From Octopus vulgaris (lineage: Eukaryota), in assembly GCA_951406725.2 (NCBI GenBank), contig OX597826.1:40610001-40674000 (forward strand): a DNA stretch of 64,000 nt. Direction: 5' to 3'. The translations under genes were made by a program, and so were the position numbers. Below are positions 55,939 through 64,000 of this stretch, piece by piece. Under the pieces are notes generated by a model. It searched no databases, had not been told where the DNA came from, and worked only from the letters and a program-made list of their open reading frames with translations. Within the stretch, counting starts at the first letter, position 1. Each line of letters opens with the position of its first letter.

Positions 55939-58167
55939 GACGGGCTTCTTTCAGTTTCCATCTACCAAATCCACTCACAAGGCTTTGGTCAGCCCGAAGC
56001 TATAGTAGAAGACACTGCCCAAAGTGTCACGCAATGGGACGAACCCGGAACCAACCCGGTTGGTAATCAAGTTACTTACCACACAGCCACTAGGTCGTGG
56101 GACCACATCACTACATCTTTTTCTCCTGAAGTTGAGAAAGGCTTTATAAGGAAACGAGCAAAGTCTTCTCACAGAAAACGGAATCATGGAACAAAACAAA
56201 GAAGATTGCACTAAGAATTTTTTCTTTTTTTTTTTTTGTACATTGCCATTTTCCAAGTTGCCTAAAAAAATTCTCACATCACATTGACTGAAGATATATG
56301 GGCCAAAGAGACCCATCCTTCTCATAAATATGTGTGACTTAAATGAAATAGTACAACTGAGGCTCGATCTCCTCCCGCTGGCTCGAATTAGCTGGAAGCT
56401 TCCAGTAATTCAGCAGCCCTCTATAACTTAAAATTAAAAAAAAAAATGAAAGAAAAAGCAGAAAGAAACATCAGACGAACAAAATCGTTGAAAGTGAAAC
56501 AGTTATGACATTTTCAAGATAAATTGGAAATGCTTTTAGGAAAAGAAAAGAAGTAAAATGAAAAGAAAAATAAACATAATAACGAAAATATTTAATAAAA
56601 AATACGGAAGAGAAAAAAACCGAAACGAAACAGGACGAAACGAAATTATAAAAAAGACTTTCATGAAATAAAAGTTTATATCTGTCAAACGGTTTCCTTT
56701 CTTCCAACACAGACACCGATGTGGTATGCAGCCTGTCATTCCAAAATATTCTATTTTAACACTTCTGCGTAAAATTTTTGAAGATCTTTTGAAGATTTCG
56801 AGTTTTTAAACATTCTCCTTAGAAAACCTTTCTTAAAAGATAAAAAAGAAAAAACATTTCTTTTCATCTTTTTGTTTTTATTTTTAACCTTTGATTATCA
56901 AAGAAGGATGATGTGGTGTTGTTATGGAACAAACCAGTGGAGTTCTCTCATTAACGTTCTTTATACTGTTTAGGCACTTCTGGGGTCAAATTCTATCGGA
57001 GTCGATTTTGTCTTTCAACTCTCTCGGATTGATTCAACAAAACTATTACCAATAAATAGACAGAGATCGATTGTATTGGATATAAACACCGCTCCGCCCT
57101 AGTAAAATCAGTTTTGACCTGTAGTCAAAAATTGTTAATTATTGTTTTACTATTTAGTCCCGGGTCAATACTATAATCAAAGTTGCTCCAATCATGACAA
57201 TCTGGTTTTAATTTTGCTCGGACACGGTATATCAAGGTCTACGTTAAGCAATGTGTCATTCCTCACACCAGTGGGTAATTTGAGGGACATTTGGCAGCTA
57301 TTAATAGCAGGTAGAGCGATAAAGTGGAGGCTTCTCTGTTTATTCGGCATAATTATTTGATGACAAGGGATGAGAGTCACAAAGAGTGATTAAGATCGCC
57401 TGGAGAGGTGAAGGTCATAGAAAAGTGAGGGTCATAGAGAGGCAAAGGTCATAGGTAGAGCTAAAAGTCATATTTAAAGAAAGAGGAAAACGGGTGGAGC
57501 GGAGCCCCGAGACAGCAATACAGTTTCATAAACCCGGCATGGGTCATTTCAGTTCACTTCTGCACGAAAAAAATGTATATGCAAATTAGCATATGGTGGA
57601 CATTGATGGAACATGATAACAAGAACAATTCTTTCCGCTATTACATCACCAAGCAACTAACTAGCCAGCAGACAGAAATAGATCATAGGTCTCCTTGATG
57701 AATGCAGGCATGAGCCTAAGCAACAAGTAGCGAGAGAGCCTCCTTGTCAGCGGTTCCCAATAGGGGCCGGAAGTCCTGTAAGTATTAGGGGTCTATGAGC
57801 TGAGTTCAAGATTTGGTGGATAGATAGAACTTGAAAAAAAGTTAGGGCCAGGGAGAATTCTAGATCTTTTCTATCACGCAGGAATCACCGGTTTCCTAAT
57901 CTTCTTTTCTGATTGAATGAAAATTATCAAACTTTTATTCTTTTATTTATTTGTTGTTGCTTTTTTGCTTCAGTCAATTTGACTGCAGCCATGCTGGAGC
58001 ACTGCCTTTATTCCTTATAAGCCTTGTTCTTACTTTATCGGTCTCTTTTGCCGAGCCGCTAAGTTACAGACACGTGAACACACCAACATCAGTTGTCAAA
58101 CACTGGTGGGGGTGACAAACTCAGACACACAAGCATACACAAACACACAAACACACTCACAAACACA

Positions 58168-58239
<72 letters not shown>

Positions 58240-59242
58240 CTACGGGCTTCTTTCAGTTTCTGTCTACCAAATCCACTCACAAAGCTTTGGTCGGCCCAAG
58301 GCTATATTAGAAGACAAGGTGCCACGTAGTGGGGCTGAACCCGGAACCATGTAGCTGGTAAGCAAGGTACTTAACACGCAGCTACTCTTACTCCTGTGCA
58401 ACATTTCTCTAAAACTTTTCTCGTATAAATGAATTACAAAATTGTATTCAACGTGAAAAATTTCATCAATATTACAAATTTGAAAATTTTCACTTAATTT
58501 TAAAATTTCAAAATTGGTGACAGCAACAGAAAATATCCGAATTCCTTTAAATAAAGGAGTCAATGAAAATGTCGGGAACCTATATTCTATGCGATTGCTA
58601 GAAATAGAAACCAATTCTCGGTAGGATACACTGATTAATGTCGTCATAGTTACAATCATGTCTCTAAAAAAAATGAGGAGGTTACGGGTAGAAGGTCTTT
58701 GATTAAGGATCTTTTGGTTCAGTTTTGACCTACCTGTGGTTAAACAACAACAGTCAGATTTTCATCTTTCGATTCAACTCAGTGACATACGTACTGTTGT
58801 TCCGACTGGAAAAATCTGCCTACTAACACCACCACCACCACCACACCACCACCACCACCTCCACCACCACTGCTACTGCTGAGAACCCAGCCTCTCGTCC
58901 ACGACCACCAGCGGCACGATGGTCAAACCATTTCAGTTCGCTGGTGGTATGAGATAACAGTCGCGCTCTGGGACTGACGTTTTAGTGCTGCCTCTCCATC
59001 CATCATAACAAAACAAGAAATAAAGAAAATAAATAGAAATAAAAAATATATATATATATATAATTAATTAAACATATAAAGAAATAATCTTTTACCAAAC
59101 CCTCCTCCACTCCTCACTCGCACACCCCCAACACTACCCCTACTCCTCCACCAATTAACATCTCACCTCCCACGATGCTATTGTCTTTGTGTGTATGTAT
59201 GTGTGTGTACGCAGGCGAGAGCGTGTGTGTGTGTGTATGTGT

Positions 59243-59298
<56 letters not shown>

Positions 59299-59411
59299 CG
59301 TAGACAGGCAGAGAGAGAGAGAGAGAGATAAGGTGAGGGGGGAGTGATCATAAACAAGTAGTTACCTACACACGCGCTGATCACATAACGAAAGTAGAGA
59401 GAGGGGGGGGG

Positions 59412-59442
<31 letters not shown>

Positions 59443-60225
59443 GGAGAATGGAAGGGAAATATAGAAAGGTTGAAGGACTGAATGAGAGATGGGGAGCAGA
59501 GAGAGAGAGAGAGAGAGAAATGGATGTTTTGATAAGATTACACATGTCGTACAAGTCCACCTTGGAAATTTAATCAAATATCGGCGAAATTTATGTCTTT
59601 ATTACAGTTTCCCAACTTAGTCGCCATTTTGTCGTCTGCCTTTCTTCTTTGCATTTTTGTGTTGTTCTTGTTGCTGTTTGCGTGTCTGTGTGTGTGTCTG
59701 TGCGTGTGAGTCTGCGTGCGTATTTTGTTATTCTTACAAATGTCAGGGCATCGTCCTTAGTTTACATGATTGTTTATTATGTTGCTTTCAAGAATTATGT
59801 GGCTGTGTGGTAAGAAGCTTGCTTCGGGGTTCAGTCCCGCTGCGTGGCACCTCAGCCAAGTGTTTTCTATTATGGCCGCGTACCGACCAAATCCTTGTGG
59901 GTGGATTTGGTAGACGGAAACTGGAAGAAGCCCGTCGTGTGTGTGCGTTTGCGTGTGTGTGTGTGTGTATGTGTGTGTGTGTGTGTGTTTGTGTCTGTGT
60001 TTGTTCCCCATCACCACATGACAACCAGTGTTGGTGTGTTTACATCCTTGTAACTTAGCAGTTCGGCTAAAGAGACCGACAGAATAAGTACTGGGCTTCA
60101 AAAAATAGGTCCTCGGGTCGATTTGTTCGACTAAGACTGTTTAAGGCGGTGCTCAAGCAAGGCCACAGTAAAATGATTGAAACAAGTAAAAGAATAAATG
60201 AATAAAAGAATGTGTGTGCATGTGT

Positions 60226-60500
60226 GCGTGACTTAGTGGTAAGGATATCGGCTCACAATCGGAAGGTCATGAGATCAATTCCCGGCAACGCGTTGTGTCC
60301 TTGAGCATGACACTTTATTTCACGTTGCTCCAGTCCTTTCAGTTAGCAAAAATGAGTAGTACCTGTATTTCAAATGATCAGACTGGTCACACTCTGTGTC
60401 ACGCTGAACCACCCTGAGAACTACATTAAGGGCCACATGTTTGTGGAGTGCTGTTGATCGAATTAACTGGAACCCTCGTCGTCGAAAACCGACGGAATAC
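60226..60500 (+). mobile_element. Fourth tRNA-derived SINE family
   Basis: tRNA-like head followed by TTGTGTCCTTGAGCATGACACTT core. A related decayed copy lies at ~21985-22140. Confidence 0.65.
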
Positions 60501-60519
60501 CACACATACATACACACAC

Positions 60520-60564
<45 letters not shown>

Positions 60565-60982
60565 TGTATATATGTATATATGTATGTATGTCATTATTCA
60601 GTTTTATTTCAAGAGCCGATTTCTAATCTAGATCCACTGAATATGCGTGCGTTTGTATATGCCTGCGTTTGTATTTATGTTCTACCATCACTTCAGAAAC
60701 GGTGTCGGTTTGTTTACGTCCCGTAACTCAGCAGTTCGGCAAAAAGAAACCGATGGAATAAATTTTAAGCTTAAAGATAAGTACTGGAGTCGGTTTATTC
60801 GACTAAAACTTTCCCAGCGGTGCTCAATCATAGCTGCGAATCATAGCTGAAAGAAGCAAATGATAAAACATATATATATATGTACGTGTGTGTGTGTGTG
60901 TGTGTGTCTGTGTGTGTGTCTGTGTGTGTGTGTCTGTGTGTGTGTGTGTGTGTGAGTGTGTGTGTTATATTATATTATATAT

Positions 60983-61295
60983 CACCGTGATCACCGTGAC
61001 CGATCAGGCTATCAGATGTTGCTACACATAGGTGGTCACAATGCGCTTCGCATTGTTTTAGCCTTCAAATGACGCCACCCCGCTGACCAAGCGAGCAGGC
61101 CAACAGAAGAAAGAGTGAGAGAAAGTTGTGGCGAAAGAGTACAGCAGGGATCGCCACCACCCCCTGCCGGAGCCTCGTGGAGCTTTTAGAAGTTTTTGTT
61201 CAATAAACACGCACAACGCCCGGTCTGGGAATCGAAACCGCGATCCTACGACCGCGAGTCCGCTGCCCTAACCACTGAGCCATTGCGCCTCCACA
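60983..61295 (-). mobile_element. Third tRNA-derived SINE family (5'-truncated copy at 21478-21700, +)
   Basis: Head GGCGCAATGGCTCAGTGG...GGTTTCGATTCCC and tail (CACGGTGAT)2. Confidence 0.8.
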
Positions 61296-61453
61296 GTATT
61301 ATATATATAATAAAATGTTAGCGCGCCGGGCGAAATGCGTAACCGTATTTCGTCTGTCGTTGCGTTGTGAATTCAAATTCCGCCGAGGTTGACTTTGCCT
61401 TTCATCCTTTCGGGGTCGATAAATAAAGTACCAGTTTCGCACTGGGGTCAATG

Positions 61454-61535
<82 letters not shown>

Positions 61536-61667
61536 GAGAATTCACGAAAAAAACAAAAGACGAAGACAGGTGGTGTAGAAAACAAACAGATGTATTAGTA
61601 TAACACTCGGGAATTGAAAAAGTCTTTAACGTTTCGAGCCTACGCTCTTCCAGAGAAAGAAACAAGG

Positions 61668-61702
<35 letters not shown>

Positions 61703-62049
61703 TATTTATATATGGGTGTGTATGTGTGTATGTATATTCTTTTCTTTTACATGTTTCAGTCTTTGACTGCGGCCATGCTGGAGCACCGCCTTGAAGAGTT
61801 TTAGTCGAACGACTCAACCTTCATACCTTATTTTTTTCGAAGTCTAACTTACGGGACATAAACAAACTCCAGTTCTCAAAGGATAGTAGGGGACAAACAC
61901 AAAGACACAGACTCACGAAATTTATTGGCGATGGAGTTAAAATACATTTTACATTCTTTATGTGCAAAATCTTGAATGTTAACTTTTAGATTTAAACTTT
62001 GATTCACATGGAGAAAACCGTTTCTTCTTGATGTAATTGATTTGCTCAT

Positions 62050-62812
62050 CAATCCTAAGTCAAATTGCTAAAGGCTCGCAGATGAAAATAAATTTGACAT
62101 CGAACAAACAGCAAACCACCAGAATGACTGACTTTGGACTTTGGGGTGTATCTGGCTCCGTGAAGGGAAGACTCGTAAATCGACGTCAGTTATGGTTATG
62201 ATCATCGTAAATCCATATTCAGTTATGGTTATGATTAGGGTTAGGGTTATGGTTTGGGTGGTCGTGACAGCCACTGGAAGGTCTCTCCTCGTTTTTGTGC
62301 TTTTAGGTGTTAAAATTAACACCCGACGATACATTAGTAACATTCTGGAAGCTGAACTGCTTCCATGAGCAAATGAACGCTTTCAAGGCGCACCTTGGAG
62401 CTTCCAACAGGAATTGGCACCATCCCACAGCTCCAAACAGATACAACACTGGGTTCAGAAAAAAAACATTCCGTCGTTCAAAGACAAGTATGCGAGGCCC
62501 GTTGGGTTTTTGTTTGGTCCATTTTGGAAACGAAGGTCTCGAGCACTCCTCATGCTTCGCTCGACACTTTGAAGGCAAAACTGCGCCAGGAACGGGCTTC
62601 GATTCCACAAGAACAGCTGTGTGTTGTGTGTGAAGCACTCGCACCTAGACTTTAGGCTGTGATTCGAAACAGAGGTGGTCATATTGAATAAATGTGGTAG
62701 GGGAATAATTGTTTTCTTTATCATTGCATTGCAACACTCGAACCCGAAATATAACAATATTTTGTATCGGCAAAATTGAAAAAAAAATGGTTGCCTTAAT
62801 TATAGGGGCATA
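62050..62812 (+). mobile_element. Tc1/mariner (maT/DD37D-like) transposase C-terminal remnant
   Basis: VMVWVVVTATGRSLLVFV..GVKINTRRYI..ILEAELLP, FQQELAPSH, VWSILETKV..TPH.SLD.LKAKL, AVIRNRGGHIE*. Confidence 0.8.
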
Positions 62813-62909
62813 TATTATATATACACATATAATAAGTATAGAGCAAAAGATTTGTTCAAGAAATTGTCTTATTATTATTTGGACATACATACATACATAC
62901 ATACATACA

Positions 62910-62943
<34 letters not shown>

Positions 62944-62956
62944 CATACATACATGT

Positions 62957-63350
62957 ATGGTGGCTGCCCCCTCGTTATCGAGTATGGCCATTGCACAAAG
63001 CTTAATCAATGTTGTTATCGTGCAATGCCTGTGCAAGAAGATTTTTTTTTAAAGTGAGGAAAGGCTGTGCATTGAGTCAATCCCACTCACTAAGCAACAA
63101 CAGCCATAATCCGAAAAGAAGAACAAGTCAACATCATCGGTAACCACTGAGCCGCAGTTTTATGTCGGAGTTATCCCAGTTACCTGAGTTACCCTCTCCT
63201 AGAAGGATGCCCTAACAAAGGCTAGGAGTCCTTCACTCCCAATGGTTTAACCGCGCGATCGGGTATTCAGTCCGATTATTTCTGTCCCCGCGCATGATAC
63301 AGCCTTAAGATTGGATGGTCGTTGACTCTCAAGAGTACCTCTGCCCTTTG
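62957..63350 (-). mobile_element. RTE-related short element inserted in (TACA)n
   Basis: Flanked by (TACA)n. Contains GGACTCCTAGCCTTTGTTAGGGCATCCTTCTAGGAGAGGGTAACTC, similar to RTE 5' leader motifs, and an RTE-like 3' end. Confidence 0.5.
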
Positions 63351-63908
<558 letters not shown>

Positions 63909-64000
63909 CGAAATGAGATGACAGGAGATAAGATGTATATCTTGTAAGGAACTTCTTAGGGAATGGATCATATGTGAATGCTTTTAACAAGTGGACGGAA

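Noticed and set aside
62232-62258. TTAGGG telomere-like repeats
   Set aside because: Only two units, within a local slippage duplication in a transposase remnant.

Overview
Eukaryotic, very AT- and microsatellite-rich genomic DNA whose repeat families look like those of an octopod cephalopod (Octopus sp.; inference from SINE content). Almost all ORF-track entries are microsatellite or SINE artefacts. Two host coding signals are supported. The first is a 3-coding-exon PPP1R35-like gene on + (25431-26039, 28687-28800, 30591-30782; 304 aa, RVxF-like motif, PPP1R35 C-terminal motifs). The second is a single minus-strand exon encoding the TAF1 N-terminal TBP-binding (TAND) motif (44382-44507), with no recognisable downstream exons in the window. 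The rest is nested mobile DNA: a decayed Penelope-like element (PLE; probably Naiad-type) with inverted terminal copies, an R4/Dong LINE in its (TAA)n tract, a full-length mariner, other Tc1/mariner, Tx1, CR1 and RTE remnants, a hAT MITE, a Helentron-like element and many SINEs. The most striking unannotated signal is about a dozen hammerhead-ribozyme (HHR) motifs of several sequence families. Several sit in ~340-365 bp non-coding units with a partial tandem repeat plus a 5' inverted segment (PLE-type architecture, retrozyme-like). One is fused to a tRNA-derived head, and some carry non-canonical cores (A3-U8 covariation, A6 substitutions, long stem II). All structures were read by eye; no folding, alignment or database search was run.
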